A DNA stretch of 64,000 nt from Octopus vulgaris (lineage: Eukaryota), in the NCBI GenBank assembly GCA_951406725.2, contig OX597822.1, forward strand, positions 83,080,001 to 83,144,000, given 5' to 3'. The notes beneath the pieces are model-generated. The model saw only the letters and a list, made by a program, of their open reading frames with translations. It had not been told where the DNA came from and made no database searches. A program made the translations under genes and the position numbers. Every line of letters starts with the position of its first letter. Position 1 is the first letter of the stretch. Below are positions 13,826 through 27,516 of the stretch, piece by piece.

Positions 13826-14067
13826 CGTATATATGTGTATTTATGTATCTATTTATATATATATACGTATATATGTATATATGTATATATACTTATATAT
13901 ATATATACTTATATATGTATATATATATACATATATGTATACATGTTTATACATATATTTATGTATAGATTTATGTATATATATATGTATATATATATAT
14001 GGATATATATATATATATTATATATGTACATACATATGGATATGTATATATATAAATATATATATAC

Positions 14068-14118
<51 letters not shown>

Positions 14119-14147
14119 CATACATATATATATATATACAAACATAC

Positions 14148-14203
<56 letters not shown>

Positions 14204-14274
14204 TTTTTATGTTTCAGCTTTGAGGCTGCAGCCATGTTGAGGTACCGACATATATATATATATAATATAAAATA

Positions 14275-14519
14275 AATGTGCCCTTTTAAAGTCTAGCCAC
14301 GCTCATGGGCACGGTTTCCCGGTTTCAATGGCGTTCCCCAGCTGGACGGGACGCCAGTCCATTGCAGCGTTACTCATTTTTGCCAGTTGAGTGGGCTGGA
14401 GCAACGTGAAATGAAGTGTTTTGCTCAAGAACACAACGCGTCACCCGGCCCAGGAATCGAGACCACAATCTTACGATAATGATGCTGACACCCTAACCAC
14501 TAAGCCACGCGCCTCCACC
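14275..14519 (-). mobile_element. tRNA-derived SINE, family 'D'
   Basis: Head GGAGGCGCGTGGCTTAGTGGTTAGGG..GGTCTCGATTCC, CORE-like TGTGTTCTTGAGCAAAACACTT..TTGCTCCAG, then TGGACTGGCGTCCCGTCCAG. Confidence 0.7.
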
Positions 14520-14526
14520 ATATATA

Positions 14527-14631
<105 letters not shown>

Positions 14632-14723
14632 TTAATCCAAACGGGAAAACAGAATAAACAACAACACGTGGAACAATTACAGTATTATTATTATTAGGCG
14701 CTCAGGAAAATGGAAGAAGGAGG

Positions 14724-14758
14724 GTATGACGTTTCGAGCGGAGCTCTTCGTCGGAAAC
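14724..14758 (-). ncRNA. Minimal PLE-type hammerhead-like motif (variant core)
   Basis: GTTT-CCGACGA-A-GAGC-TCC-GCTC-GAAAC-GTC-ATAC, with a U4C change. The copy at ~52118 reads TTGATGA-A-GAGCTCCGCTC-GAAAC-GTT. Confidence 0.55.
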
Positions 14759-16531
14759 ATAGGAGAAAGAAAGATCCCGAGACGGGAGGACAGAGGAAAA
14801 AAAAATTGCAGGTAGTCTTCACGAGGTCACATACTGAAAAGACGGAAGAGGTAAAAAGGAGGAAAATGTTTTTTAAAAACAGGAGAGCTGAATCAAAGAG
14901 GGAATGGTAAAAAAGGTGTGCGAGAAAACGAGGGTGTGTGTGTGAGTGTGTGCGTGTGTGTGTATGTGTGTGTATGGTGGACAGTGGCTAGTAGCAGGCA
15001 GTAGTAGAATTAAAGGAGTGTGTGGGGGTACCCTAGCAAGTCAGAAAGGCAGATCAGAAACAGGGAGGTATGTGTGTGTGCGTGTGTATGTATGTGTGAG
15101 TGTGTGCGTGTGCGTGTGTGTATGTGTGTGTGAGGCGAGATAAAAAAACAAAAAATATGTATATATTAGTGCGTGCAGGGCGAACAGATGACATAGCAAG
15201 TCTCGAGTGAGTGGTCAGTGGTAAAAAAGGGAGGAAGGAGGGAAGAAGGGAAGGAGGGAAAGGGTGGGGGCGTATGTAACGTGCCAGTGTGTGTGTAGAG
15301 TGGTAGTGTGTCCAGTGTGCGTAGTTGTGTGTATGGCAAGTAAATTTGAAGTGTGTGTAAGTGTAATGTATATATATATGCAAATGTGTGTGTGTGAGTG
15401 GGTGTGTGTATGTGTGTGCGTGTGTGTACAAAGAGGGGGGGTTTAAGGAAAAGAAAAACTGCAGCGGAGGGGAGGGGGGAAGGGGAAGATGGAAGAGTGG
15501 TCCCGCGGCGACAGGCGTGGGAGAACCCAAAGACACGCGCCGGCCCCAGATACGTACAGGAGATCTAGTCGGTCAAACCACGAGCGTGGTGCATGCATGC
15601 GTGTATGCGTGCGCGAACGTGCACAAGCGAGTATGTGCGCGCGCCTGCGAGTGTGTGTGTAAGTATGTATGTGTGAGTGTGTCTGTGTGTAAGTCTGGAT
15701 GTCAGTGTGTCCGATGAATGTATGTAAGTATGTGTGTGTATATGTGTGTATATAGATGTATGTCCGTGTGTGTGTGTGTATGAGTGTGTATGTATGTACG
15801 TGTGTAGGATGCATGTATGTGTATGGGTGTATGTATGTGTGTGTGTGTGTATGTATGTGTACGTGCGTGTGTGTGTGTGTATGCATGTATGCATGTATGC
15901 GTATGCATGTGCGTATGTGTGTGTGTGTGCATGTGTGTAGGTATATATGTATGTGCGTATATGTGTGTGTATGTGCGTACATGTGTGTGTGTGTATGCAT
16001 GTGTGTGTAAGTAGGTGTGTAGGCGTGTGTGTATAGGTGTATGTATGTAAGTATGTATGGGTGTGTCCGTGTGTGTGTATGCATGTGTGTGTATGTAGGT
16101 GTGTGGGCGTGTGTATATAGGTGTATGTATGTATGTATGTATGTATGGGTGTGTCCGTGTGTGTTTGTGTGTGTGTGTATGCATGTGTATGTATGTATGT
16201 ATGTATGTATGTAATGTGTCCGTGTGTGTGTGTGTGCGTGTGTATGCGTGTGTGTGTGTATGTAGGTGCGTATGTATGTGTGTGGTAGTGTAGGTGTGTG
16301 TGTGCGTGTATGTGTGCGTGTGCGTGTATATGTTGGTGTGTGTGTATGTGAGTGTGAGTGTATGGGTGTTAGTCATGCATGTGTGTGCGCGTGCAGGCGA
16401 GTGTGTGTGTAAGTATGTGTGTGTGTATGTATGTGTGAGTGTGTATGTGTGTATGTCTGTGTGTATGTATGTGCGTATAGGAGTATGTAAGTATGTGTAT
16501 GTGTATGTGTGTGGGTGTATGTATGTATGTG

Positions 16532-16567
<36 letters not shown>

Positions 16568-17630
16568 CGTATGTATGTGTATGTGTGTGTGTTTATGTAT
16601 GTGTGTATGTATGTGTGTAGGCGTTTGTGTATAGGTGTATGTATGTATGGGTGTGTGTCTGTGAGTGTTTGTGTGTGTGTAGGTATGTGTGTATGTATGA
16701 GTGAAGGTATGGCTGTGTAGGTGTGTGTGTGTATGAATGTAAGTGTGTGTGTGTGTACAAGTGTAATGTATGTATGTAGGTGTGTGTGTGTATGTGTGTG
16801 TGCGCGTGTGTATGTGTGTGTGTGTAAGTGTATGGGTGTATGTGTATGTCTGAAGTAGGTATGTGTGTGTATGTATGTATGTGTGTGTGTGCGGGTATGT
16901 GTGTGTGTGTGTATGTGTGTGTGTAAGTGTGTGTGTGAGTTGGTGTGCGTGTATGTATGTGGGTAGGGATGCATGCGTGTGTGTGGGTATGTATGTATAC
17001 ATACGCACGCACACACCAAGCACGCCCACACACACGAAGCACGCTCACACACACAACACACAAACAATACAACGCAAGCCCATCGGGCCGACCAACCCCC
17101 AGCACGCGCCAAGGCGTGCGCGCGCGGGGCCCCCCGAACAACCCGCTCCACGGGAACCTAGGATCCATCAACCAAAACCAGAAAGCAGAAAAGAGGGAGG
17201 GTTTTCCTGGGTGCAAATAGGTGTATATGTGTGTGCATTCGTGTAGAGGTGTGCATGTGTGGGTATGTGTGTATGTGTGTGTGCGTACATGTATGTGTGC
17301 ATGTGTGTGTGTGTAAGTAAGTATAGGTGTGTGAAGTATGTATGTGCGATGTGTGTGTGTGTATGTATGTGCGTATGTATGTGTATGTATGTATGTATGT
17401 ATGTCTGTGTGTGTGTGTGTGTGTAAGTATGTATGTGTGTGTGTATGTATGTATGTGTGTATGTATGTGCATGTTGGTTTGTATGTTAGTGTGTGCGTGT
17501 ATGTCTATAAGTATGTGTGATTAAATGTATGAATGTGTGTACGTAGATGTGTATCCGTATGTGTGTGTCTGAACAGGCGTGTGGGATGTAGGTAGGTGTG
17601 TGTGGGGGGTGTTTATCCGGAAAAAAAACC

Positions 17631-18262
17631 TTAGGAGGAGGGGGCTGTGTTAAGTCCGTGTGGGGTAGTAGTTTGTAGGGTGAAGATGTAGCGTTGCTCC
17701 AAGTGGAGCCTAGAAAGTGGACGACCATTGTGGGGGGCGAGACCAAACACTGAGATGTCATCTAGGGAATGGCTGGCCGAGCAGAAGTGGCGTGCGACGG
17801 GAGAAAAAGAGTGTAGGCGAACGTCCTTCAAATGTTCTGTGAATCGGTCGGACAACCGGCGTCCCGTCTGTCCTACATACAGCATCCCGCATAGGTTGCA
17901 TTTAATGCAGTAAATGAGGCCAGACGAGGTGCAGGTAAAGGAGTGCCTAATACGTACAGTTCGCCGGTTGGAGCCAGTGACAGCAGTGGTGTTGGTGATG
18001 AAGGGGCAAGTGTTGCAGCGGGATCTAGAGCAAGGGAATGATCCGTGTGGGGCTGAGGGGGAAGGAGAGAGGGTGCTGTGGACCAGGAGGTCACGTAGAT
18101 AACGCGCTCGTTTGAAGGAGGACAGGGGTGGGTTAGGGAAAATGGAGCGGGTTGTGGGATCAAGCTGGAGGCGACGGAAGGCACGTAGTATCTTGCGACG
18201 AAGGGGTAGGGTAGAGGGGTGGAAAAGGAGGGGGAAGGGGGTGCGGTTGGGGGTGGGTGGGA
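17631..18262 (-). CDS. Penelope-like GIY-YIG endonuclease with Cys-rich linker (C-terminal fragment)
   Basis: PCSRSRCNTC linker, then FTCTSSGLIYCIKCNLCGMLYVGQTGRRLSDRFTEH, PVARHF and LEQRYIFTLQTTTPHGLN. Frame is open to the stop; 5' end is truncated at a TA tract. Confidence 0.9.
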
Positions 18263-18458
18263 TATATACATATATATATATATATATATACAGAGTATTC
18301 GCAGTTAAATTTTCCTCGTCAGTCAACGACCAAAATGTAATCGTGGTTTCGCACCATTGTCATTGACACTTCTCAATATTGGTGGTGCCAGTGCTATATA
18401 TATATACAATAATTTCAAACAGTATTAAAATATCAAATTCACGAGAAAGTACGTCTAC

Positions 18459-18614
<156 letters not shown>

Positions 18615-19431
18615 TTGTACTTGTATATATGTACTTGTATATACACACGCAGATGTAAACTTATGCGTGCATCTATGTGTTTGTGATTTATCGTATAATA
18701 TTGTAAATTATTTGCGTATTATTTCCTTTAAAAGGTTAATTGCATTTAACTGTATGTAGCAAACCAAATTTGAATATGTATTCTCTCTATATATAAAGTT
18801 TGAGGCGGGAGGGGAGGGTTGAGATTTGTCAGAGCCGGTGGAGCATCAAACAACATGTCTGTTGTCATTTGTTCCAGCTTTTTGCAGTCTGAGATGTAAT
18901 ATTACCGAGTTTAATTTTACTGTTCATCCTTTCGGCGCCAATAAAACCAACATACCGATTCACTTCAATGGATTGTTGGACGAATTAAAGAATCACACGA
19001 AATGGTTTATGGTATTTGTTCCGGCGTTTTCTGTACTGAGTTGTCGGGTTGGGACGTCATTAGCAACATCCACTGGACCGTCGATGCCTCCAACCAAGCC
19101 CCGACACACACACAGACACACAGACACACAGATACATACACACACACACACACACAACAACAACAACAACAAAAACAACAACATAGTGTATTTAATCGGG
19201 ATGCTTGTCATAGACTTCTATCATAGGCGCAGGCGTACCTGTGCGGTAAGAGCAGCCGTCGTATATATATCTACGACGTTAAGACGTATTTCTCGATTTC
19301 TGTTTGAGCATTCCCTCACACCTGCGCCGCCGTAGAAATCTATATAGAGTCTGATCAGCTGTCCACAAGGCTTTGGTTTTGTGGATACGAAACTTTGGCT
19401 AACTCTATGTCTAAGATATAAAACTTTTCGA

Positions 19432-19987
<556 letters not shown>

Positions 19988-20469
19988 ATAGCACGTTGTT
20001 AAACGGCGGTGTATCAGCATGGCCGCAGCTCTGAGCTGAAACAAAAAAATATATACACACACATATATATATGTGTATGTGTGTGTTTGTCAGCTACCAC
20101 TGCTTGACAACCGGTGATGGTGTGTTTACATCCTCGAAATTGAAACACAACACTTCCTTTATTCATTGATTATCTGGTGTGTTCAATAAATTGTTATCCT
20201 CTAAGTCATACATTAAATTCGAAGGGTAGTCATTACTTTATCAGACCACCGCAAATTTGAAAATTACTCTGAGTATAGACAAGCATGCCTTCTACTTGGT
20301 CTCCAGGTTCCTAAAATCTTTTTCAGCCGTCCCTCGACACTTTGACCCATACTTCTCCTGTCTCCATTTCATCCTTCGCAGCCGACCGCAAACTGCTACT
20401 ACCGGAGAGTTCTGCAATACGAGAACAAAACATCACAAAATAAATAAGAATAATTTCTGGTGAGGGTTT

Positions 20470-20855
20470 AAGACGTGAGCTGGCAGAACCGTAAGCACAC
20501 CGAGCAAAAATTCTTAGCAGCGTTTCGCTTGTTCTTAGTTTTGAGTTCAAATTCCGCCGAGATCGACTTTGCTTTTCGGAGTTGACCGTTGAATATGTAA
20601 TCGACTCATTCCTCGAAATTGTTGGCTCCATGCCAAAATTTGAAATCTATAATTTCTGCATATAGTCAGTAGTTTTAGGAGAAGGGGTTTAATGGATATT
20701 ATCCACTTGACCGGGTTTATTACTTTATCGGTCACGAAAAAGTGAAAGGTAAAGTTGGCTACGGCAGGATTTGAACTCAGAAAGTCAGGAACCAGAAAAA
20801 AAAAAAATCACACTGCAAAACATTTTGCCGACATTCTAACGACTCTGCCAGCTCG
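20470..20855. mobile_element. Two diverged family A SINEs in opposite orientation
   Basis: GAGCTGGCAGAACCG..GAGTTCAAATTCCGCCGAG (+, 20470-20645) and GGATTTGAACTCAGAA..CTGCCAGCTCG (-, 20690-20855). Confidence 0.6.
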
Positions 20856-21061
20856 TCTTTTAATGACTTCTAATTTAGATAATTGCCAGCAGTTTTGCAG
20901 TGAGAGGTTTAGACAAGGCCATAGACACCAGTATGTGACTGGTACTTTATTTTATAAACCTCCCAACGTACGAAAGTCAAAGTTGATTTGAACTCGAAAC
21001 GTAGAATGGTAGGGATGACTTCTTCAAGACATTTTTTCAAACAGTTTTAACGATTTTATTT

Positions 21062-21350
21062 CGTTTTTGGATTTGGTTTGCACAATTCTTTATTTGAATT
21101 CGTGTGTTGAAGTATATTCTGTTGTGTCTAGGGAGAATCATTCTCTTTTAGTACCTTATAATTTAACACACTTACCGGTAAAATTTCCACTTCTTTTAAA
21201 AAACTTTCGTTGCGTCTTTTCAATAGCTTTGGCCCTGTCCGTTAGAACGCAGTGTGAATATCGGGCAGACTCAAAACTATTGAAAAGGTTGCAAGGCGCA
21301 ACAAAAATAAAAAAAAAATTAGAAAGAAATAAGTGGAAATCCAAACGATT
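21062..21350. mobile_element. Fold-back/MITE-like dispersed repeat (related pieces at 23925-24012 and 54820-55025)
   Basis: CGTTTTTGGATTTGGTTTGC..ACACACTTACCGGTAAAATTTCCACTT is the reverse complement of 54890-55023. It also has an internal inverted repeat. Confidence 0.6.
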
Positions 21351-21536
21351 TTACTATTTATAAAAGCGAACTAAAACTTCAAATGTTATTCATTGGCACT
21401 AAAATCAAAGAATTTGCCTGGAACCAAACATAGGGGGACTTAGCTGTAGACAAAACTGATAAACAAATACACTCAGACATAAAGTAATGAAAACAACTGT
21501 TAAGAATGAGTAATACCGAACTTAATTCTACAACTA

Positions 21537-21692
21537 GGAGCAGGAGTGACTGTGTGGTAAGTAGCTTGCTTACGAACCACATGGTTCCGGGTTCAGTCCA
21601 ACTGCGTGGTACCTTGGGCAAGTGTCTTCTACTATGGCCTCAGGCCGACCAAAATCTTGTGATTGGATTTGGTAGACGGAAACTGAAAGAAA
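21537..21692 (+). mobile_element. SINE family B, 5' half
   Basis: GGAGCAGGAGTGACTGTGTGGTAAG..GGTTCCGGGTTCAGTCC..CCTTGGGCAAGTGTC. Confidence 0.7.
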
Positions 21693-21739
21693 CATACATA
21701 CTTGATACGGAATAGAAATGCTAAGAAATACTTATATTT

Positions 21740-21795
<56 letters not shown>

Positions 21796-21835
21796 ATATG
21801 CGCGCGCGTACACATACAAATAACCGCCATATTCG

Positions 21836-22580
21836 TTTCTACACTAGGCACAAGGCCCAACATTTGGGAGAGGGGACCAGTCGTTTAGATCGACTCTAAT
21901 AAGTAATTGGTCCTTAATTTATCGACCCCGAAAGGATGAGAGGCAAAGTCGACCTCGGCGGAATTTGAACTCAGAACGTAGCGGCAGACGAAATATATAT
22001 TTCTTTACTACCCACAAGGGACTAAACAAAGAGAGGACAAACAAGGACAGACAAACGGATTAAGTCGATTATATCGACCCCAGGACGTAACTGGTACTTA
22101 TTTAATCGACCCCAAAAGGATGAAAGGCAAAGTCGACCTCGGCGGAATTTGAACTCAGAACGTAGCGGCAGACGAAGTATCTATTTCTTTACTACTCACA
22201 AGGGGCTAAACACAGAGGGGACAAACAAAGACAGACAAACGGATTAAGTCTATTATATCGACCCAGTGCGTAACTGGTACTTAATTTATCGACTCCGAAA
22301 GGATGAAAGGCAAAGTCGACTTCGGCGGAATTTGAACCCAGAACGTAGCGGCAGACGAAATATCTATTTCTTTACTACCCACAAGGGGCTAAACACAGAG
22401 GGGACAAACAAGGAAGGACAAACGGATTAAGTCTATTATATCGACACCAGTGTGTAACTGGTACTTATTTAATCGACCCCGAAAGGATGAAAGGCAAAGT
22501 CGACCTCAGAACGTCGCGGCAGATGAAATACCGCCGAACATTTCGCCCGGCGTGCTAACGTTTCTGCCAGCTCGGCGCCA
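21836..22580 (-). repeat. Tandem array of family A SINE bodies (~183-bp period, ~4 units)
   Basis: TTCTTTACTAC recurs at 22001, 22185 and 22368. There is a single head at ~22580. Confidence 0.85.
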
Positions 22581-22823
22581 TATTAGTTGTATATTATAGT
22601 TTCGACATAAACAGGAAATTAATTAAAATGGAGAGTTTGGGCAGAAAAATATGGAAAGTATTGAGTTACGAAGTTAGCAGATGAATGGTGATCGAAATAG
22701 AATGTATCTACCTTACATGGAAGGGTTCCAGTTTGAAAGAAATAGAAATCTACAGAGGATTACAGCCAAATAATTAAGAGTAGGACGAAGAAAATTAAAA
22801 TATCAAATTCACGAGAAAGTACG

Positions 22824-22895
<72 letters not shown>

Positions 22896-23038
22896 CCCCC
22901 CTCTCTCTATCTGTCTATCTTTCTATCTATCTATCCGACTTGCATGTGTCTATGTATTATTATATATGTATAAATATTTACATATACACATATGCCACTC
23001 GTATTTGATCTCTCTATTTCTCACTCCCTCACTCCCTC

Positions 23039-23106
<68 letters not shown>

Positions 23107-23369
23107 AGTGTGTGTGTAGAGAGAGATACATTCACAAACACACTTGTGTGTGTGTGTGTATGCACGTCGTATGTACGTGTATATATGTTTGTCTTAAAGG
23201 AAACTGAAAACTACAAACTAAAAACTAATACCCCGGGGTAAAAGATTTCGGTAAGGAGAAAAAAAACCCCAACTTATTAATAAACATAATCAGAACGGAA
23301 TTTGTAAATATACTGAAGAAATAAAAGAAAGCAAAAGAAAAAAAAAAGAGAAAAATAAAGCGAAAGAAG

Positions 23370-23600
23370 ATATGTCATGGCAAATATCCCACAAGCTTTG
23401 ATAGATAAAAAGTAAACAGAAATGGATGTGATTCTAGCAGAAACTAAAGGTCTAATCACAATCAACTACAAAAATAAAATTCCCGAAAGACGAAACTAAC
23501 ATGAAGTGTTAACTATGCAACCATGATAATGAAACAGTTAACCACATCATTTCTGGCGTTACAGTTCATGCCATATCGGAGTATACCCACAGTTGACGAT
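23370..23600 (+). pseudogene. Decayed Dong/R4-type REL LINE fragment
   Basis: HGKYP, ETKGLI and C*LCNHDNETVNHIISG parallel the intact elements immediately downstream. Confidence 0.5.
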
Positions 23601-23666
23601 GGTGAACAGCTGTGGTCCCTGTTCTTAGGGAAGGAGCTTCAAATCTTTTAGAATGAATTGCACACT

Positions 23667-23766
23667 GGTTCAAGCGGACACCAGTTCAAGCGTACACCGG
23701 GTTCAAGTGCACATCGAGTTCAAACGCACATCGGGTTCAAGCGCACATCGGGTTCAAGCGGACACT
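23667..23766. repeat. Minisatellite, ~17-bp unit, ~6 copies
   Basis: GGTTCAAGCGCACATCG-like units in tandem. Confidence 0.7.
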
Positions 23767-24012
23767 GAAGAATTTTAATCGAGCAAATCGACCTCAGTAC
23801 TCATGATTTTCAAAGCTTGTTACTCATTCTATCGGTTTCTTTTGTTGAACCGCTAAATTTCGGTTTAAGTGTAACTTTCTATTCAATAGGTAGCAGTCCA
23901 ATTTTTCTAAATTATTATTATTATTTTTCGTTTTTGGATTTGGAAATTTTACCGGTGAATGTGTTAAATCATAAGGCACAAAAAGAAAATAACTCTCCTC
24001 AGACACAACAGA

Positions 24013-24071
<59 letters not shown>

Positions 24072-24343
24072 TATTATTATTATTATTACAATTATTATTA
24101 TTATTATTATTCTATGTTTGACTTTTGCTTTATATTTGTACAAGTTGGCTCCAAGTCTCACCCAGAGACCTCAAGAGACAACAGGGTTGGAAGTTCATGT
24201 TGTTGTTATGCCTAGTGTGCCATATATTTGGGGGGTGGGGATGTTGTACTAATGAATGTCTAAAAAAAAAAATTTAAAAAAAAAAAAAAAAGTTTTTTTT
24301 TTATTTTTTTTACCGAAAATTATGTTTGTTTTAAACCTTGAGA

Positions 24344-25249
24344 TTACATAGAGAGTATTTTGCGTAGGATATGAGCAGTTCCCATGAGCACTATCTTTTG
24401 AACTTCTGCCATTTTTGGGTTTCCTGGTATCTGAGTTAGGTAGCTATCAGCCCCTTTTGCTATCATTCCCAGGGCACCTATGACAACAGGTATTGTTTTA
24501 GTCTTCAGCTTCCACATTTTGCTGATTTCTATTTCAAGATCTTTATATTTGCTCAGTTTTTGGTAGGTCTTGACAGATACGTTTATATCGATTGGGACAG
24601 TCATATCAATGAGGAGGCATGTTCTTTGTTTGAAGTTTTTCAATATGATGTCTGGCCTATTTGCATCTATCTTCCTGTCAGTTTGAATGGTGAAGTTCCA
24701 GAGGAGTGAGATGTGGTCATTTTCAAGCACTGGGGGTGGTTTGTGTTCCCACCAGTTTTTTACATGGGGCAAATCCAGGTTTTTACAGATTACCCAGTGA
24801 ATATATTGTGCAGCTCTATCGTGCCTGTTGAGATACTCTGTAGGCGCTAGAAGACTGCACTTGGAGACCACATGGTCAATGGTTTCATTTTGTTGCTTGC
24901 ATACACGACACGTTGGACTGCTTCTGATCTTTAATATGTTGGCCTGGTAGTTTCTTGTTGGTAGGCATTGATCTTGAGCTGCTATGATAAACCCCTCTGT
25001 TTCAGATTTTAAGCCAGAGGCCATTAGCCATTGATGGGTCAGGGCTTTGTCGATATCTGCATTATTCGCTCTCTTTGGGTATTTGCCATAGAGAGGTTTT
25101 TCTTGCCATTTATTATTCAGAATATCTAAGGCCGCAGTTTTGGCACGGGTTTTCATGCGCCTAGCTTTTTCTGTGCTTGTTTCTTGTATATCTATCTCTA
25201 ATTCCGAAATTGGTTGTATTCGGAATTCACTTAGATATTCCTTTGCCTG
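24344..25249 (-). CDS. Dong/R4-clade non-LTR retrotransposon, CCHC knuckle plus restriction-like endonuclease (5'-truncated)
   Basis: CRVC..ETIDHVVSKC, RHD, RPDII..LIDMTVP, KLSKY and IPVVIGALG. The 3' UTR runs to ~24110, and both ends lie in (TAA)n. Confidence 0.9.
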   Translation of the reverse strand, partial: QAKEYLSEFRIQPISELEIDIQETSTEKARRMKTRAKTAALDILNNKWQEKPLYGKYPKRANNADIDKALTHQWLMASGLKSETEGFIIAAQDQCLPTRNYQANILKIRSSPTCRVCKQQNETIDHVVSKCSLLAPTEYLNRHDRAAQYIHWVICKNLDLPHVKNWWEHKPPPVLENDHISLLWNFTIQTDRKIDANRPDIILKNFKQRTCLLIDMTVPIDINVSVKTYQKLSKYKDLEIEISKMWKLKTKTIPVVIGALGMIAKGADSYLTQIPGNPKMAEVQKIVLMGTAHILRKILSM

Positions 25250-25305
<56 letters not shown>

Positions 25306-25515
25306 AATTATTATTATTATTATTATTACTTTTTTTTTTCTTCTTTCAAATTTTCTTCCATTTCTTGCCGAGTGTCTTCCCGACTCCTAGGGCAAAGAAA
25401 CTCATAGTGTATATTGGTAGGCCATTAAACCAAACTCAGTAGTTCGTTCATTTTTATTTTTTATTTTTTTTTTATTTTTTAAAGTTAAATTAAAATACAT
25501 GAGCAGCAACAGTTC

Positions 25516-27516
25516 TCACATCGACAATGCTCTTCTCAATACGTGTGATGTACCAGTTAAGACAATCTTTTGCACTTCTTGCAGGGATGGTAAGCCAGGG
25601 ATCATTCTCATATAATTTTCGGTTCCCTTCTTGATCATTCCTAGTGCTCCTACGATCACTGGTATTGTAACCGCCTTGAGATGCCACATTTTCTCAATTT
25701 CAATGAGTAGGTCTTTATATTTTCTGAGCTTGTCAAACTCTTTCGCTGAGATATTATGATCACAGGGGATGCTCATGTCGATCAATAAGCAAACTTTATT
25801 GTTTTGGTCTTTCACAACAATATCTGGTTTATTGGCCTTGATGGTTCGGTCTGTATGTACTGGAAAGTCCCACAGAATGGTTACATTTTCTCCTTCAGTT
25901 ACAGCCTCAGGGTGGTGATTATACCACTTGTCGGCAGTTTTGATATTGTAATGCCGACTTATTAGCCAGTGGAGATATTGGCCAACTCTGTCATGTCTTA
26001 ATTTATACTCCACTGGTGCTAAGACTTTACATCCAGAGATTAGGTGGTCCACTGTTTCAATCATGTCGTTGCAGAATCGGCATTTTGGGTCTGCTCCATT
26101 TTTCATCACATTGGCCTGGTAGTTCCGGGTTGATAGGCTTTGGTCTTGAGCAGCCAGGATGAAACCTTCGCTCTCTGCTTTTAGCCCTGAGCTCCGCAGC
26201 CACTGATGGGTTTGCTTCTGGTTAACATCAGCTTGTTTGCTGCGGGTCACATATTTGCCGTGCAGAGGTTTCTCCTCCCACCTATCAGCCAATTGCTCGT
26301 GCGCTTTTTTCATTGCCATCATTTTCACCTTCTTTGCAACAATAGTTGCCGTACTTCCCTCGGGTTGTTCAGTTTGGGTATCCTGCACGAGATCAATAGC
26401 AAATTTTTTGCTTTCATTGATGATAGAATGAAGTTTCTTTCGTCTCTCGTGATTTTCCACGAGCTTTAGCATCCAGTCATTCGATATTTCGAGATATTTG
26501 GCCAGTCCAATTGTGGTTGTTTTGTAAGCTAGTTCAAATTGGATCAGGCCTCGACCTCCTTGGGCTCTGGGAAGGTAAATGCGATCTATGTCTGCCTTTG
26601 GGTGGTGCATCCTATTACAACTCAGCAGCTTGCGTATTTTTCTATCTATATTCTTTACTTCACTCATATTCCAGTTCAACACATTGTAGCTATAAGTAAC
26701 AACTGGAACTGCTAGGGAATTTATAGCTAACACCTTGTTACGTGCATTTAGTTCAGATTTCAGGACTGCACGAACTCTCCTATAACATTCCTTCGTGATT
26801 TTCTCTTTCATGCTTGCATGCTGAATACCAGAGCCTTCATTTATCCCTAAATATTTGTATGTTTGTTCTTGCTCAAGCTCTCTTATGACTGTGTCAACAT
26901 CTAACACGACTGAATTTGTGGTATTCACTTTCCCTTTCTGGAAAGTGGCCTTGGCACACTTCTCAAGTCCAAACTCCATCCCGATGTCATCGCTGAATGC
27001 TTTCACGGTGCGCAATAGGCCTTCAAGTTCATTATTGTCTTTACCATAAAGTTTTAAGTCATCCATATAAAATAGATGGCTTATTTTTTTATTGGCAATT
27101 TTATACCCATACCCTGTTCTGTTTAATTCACTTGTAAGGGGTATTAGGGCTATGCAGAATATTAAAGGTGAAAGTGAGTCACCTTGAAAAATTCCACAGT
27201 TGATGTTTATATTTTCTGAGGCAAGTACTCCATTAGAGTGGTATAATTGGAGATTCGTATTCCACAACGACATATTGTGCTTCAGGAAGTTTGAAATCAC
27301 AGGGGAAATTTTGAAGATGTCCAGCGATCTCAAGATCCATGGATGCGGTATACTGTCGAAGGCCTTTTTATAGTCAATCCATGCGGTGCTGAGATTTCTG
27401 CGCTTGTTGTGACAGTTCTCAAGGATCATACGATTGATTAGCAGTTGATCTTTGCATCCGTAAGAGCCTCGGCGGCACCCTTTTTGTTCAATGGGGAAAA
27501 TATCGTTCTTCTCCAT
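25516..27516 (-). CDS. Dong/R4-clade retrotransposon reverse transcriptase plus REL endonuclease (5'-truncated)
   Basis: IDYKKAFDS, GIFQGDSLSP, YMDD, YLG, CRFC..HLISGC, RHD and KPDIV..LIDMS. Upstream coding (KSPGKD..NFW, 27520-27775) is broken by a deletion. The element spans ~25345-27775 between (TAA)n tracts. Confidence 0.93.
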   Translation of the reverse strand: MEKNDIFPIEQKGCRRGSYGCKDQLLINRMILENCHNKRRNLSTAWIDYKKAFDSIPHPWILRSLDIFKISPVISNFLKHNMSLWNTNLQLYHSNGVLASENININCGIFQGDSLSPLIFCIALIPLTSELNRTGYGYKIANKKISHLFYMDDLKLYGKDNNELEGLLRTVKAFSDDIGMEFGLEKCAKATFQKGKVNTTNSVVLDVDTVIRELEQEQTYKYLGINEGSGIQHASMKEKITKECYRRVRAVLKSELNARNKVLAINSLAVPVVTYSYNVLNWNMSEVKNIDRKIRKLLSCNRMHHPKADIDRIYLPRAQGGRGLIQFELAYKTTTIGLAKYLEISNDWMLKLVENHERRKKLHSIINESKKFAIDLVQDTQTEQPEGSTATIVAKKVKMMAMKKAHEQLADRWEEKPLHGKYVTRSKQADVNQKQTHQWLRSSGLKAESEGFILAAQDQSLSTRNYQANVMKNGADPKCRFCNDMIETVDHLISGCKVLAPVEYKLRHDRVGQYLHWLISRHYNIKTADKWYNHHPEAVTEGENVTILWDFPVHTDRTIKANKPDIVVKDQNNKVCLLIDMSIPCDHNISAKEFDKLRKYKDLLIEIEKMWHLKAVTIPVIVGALGMIKKGTENYMRMIPGLPSLQEVQKIVLTGTSHVLRRALSM

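Noticed and set aside
23667-23766. CRISPR-like short repeats
   Set aside because: Units are contiguous with no unique spacers, and the context is eukaryotic; this is a minisatellite.
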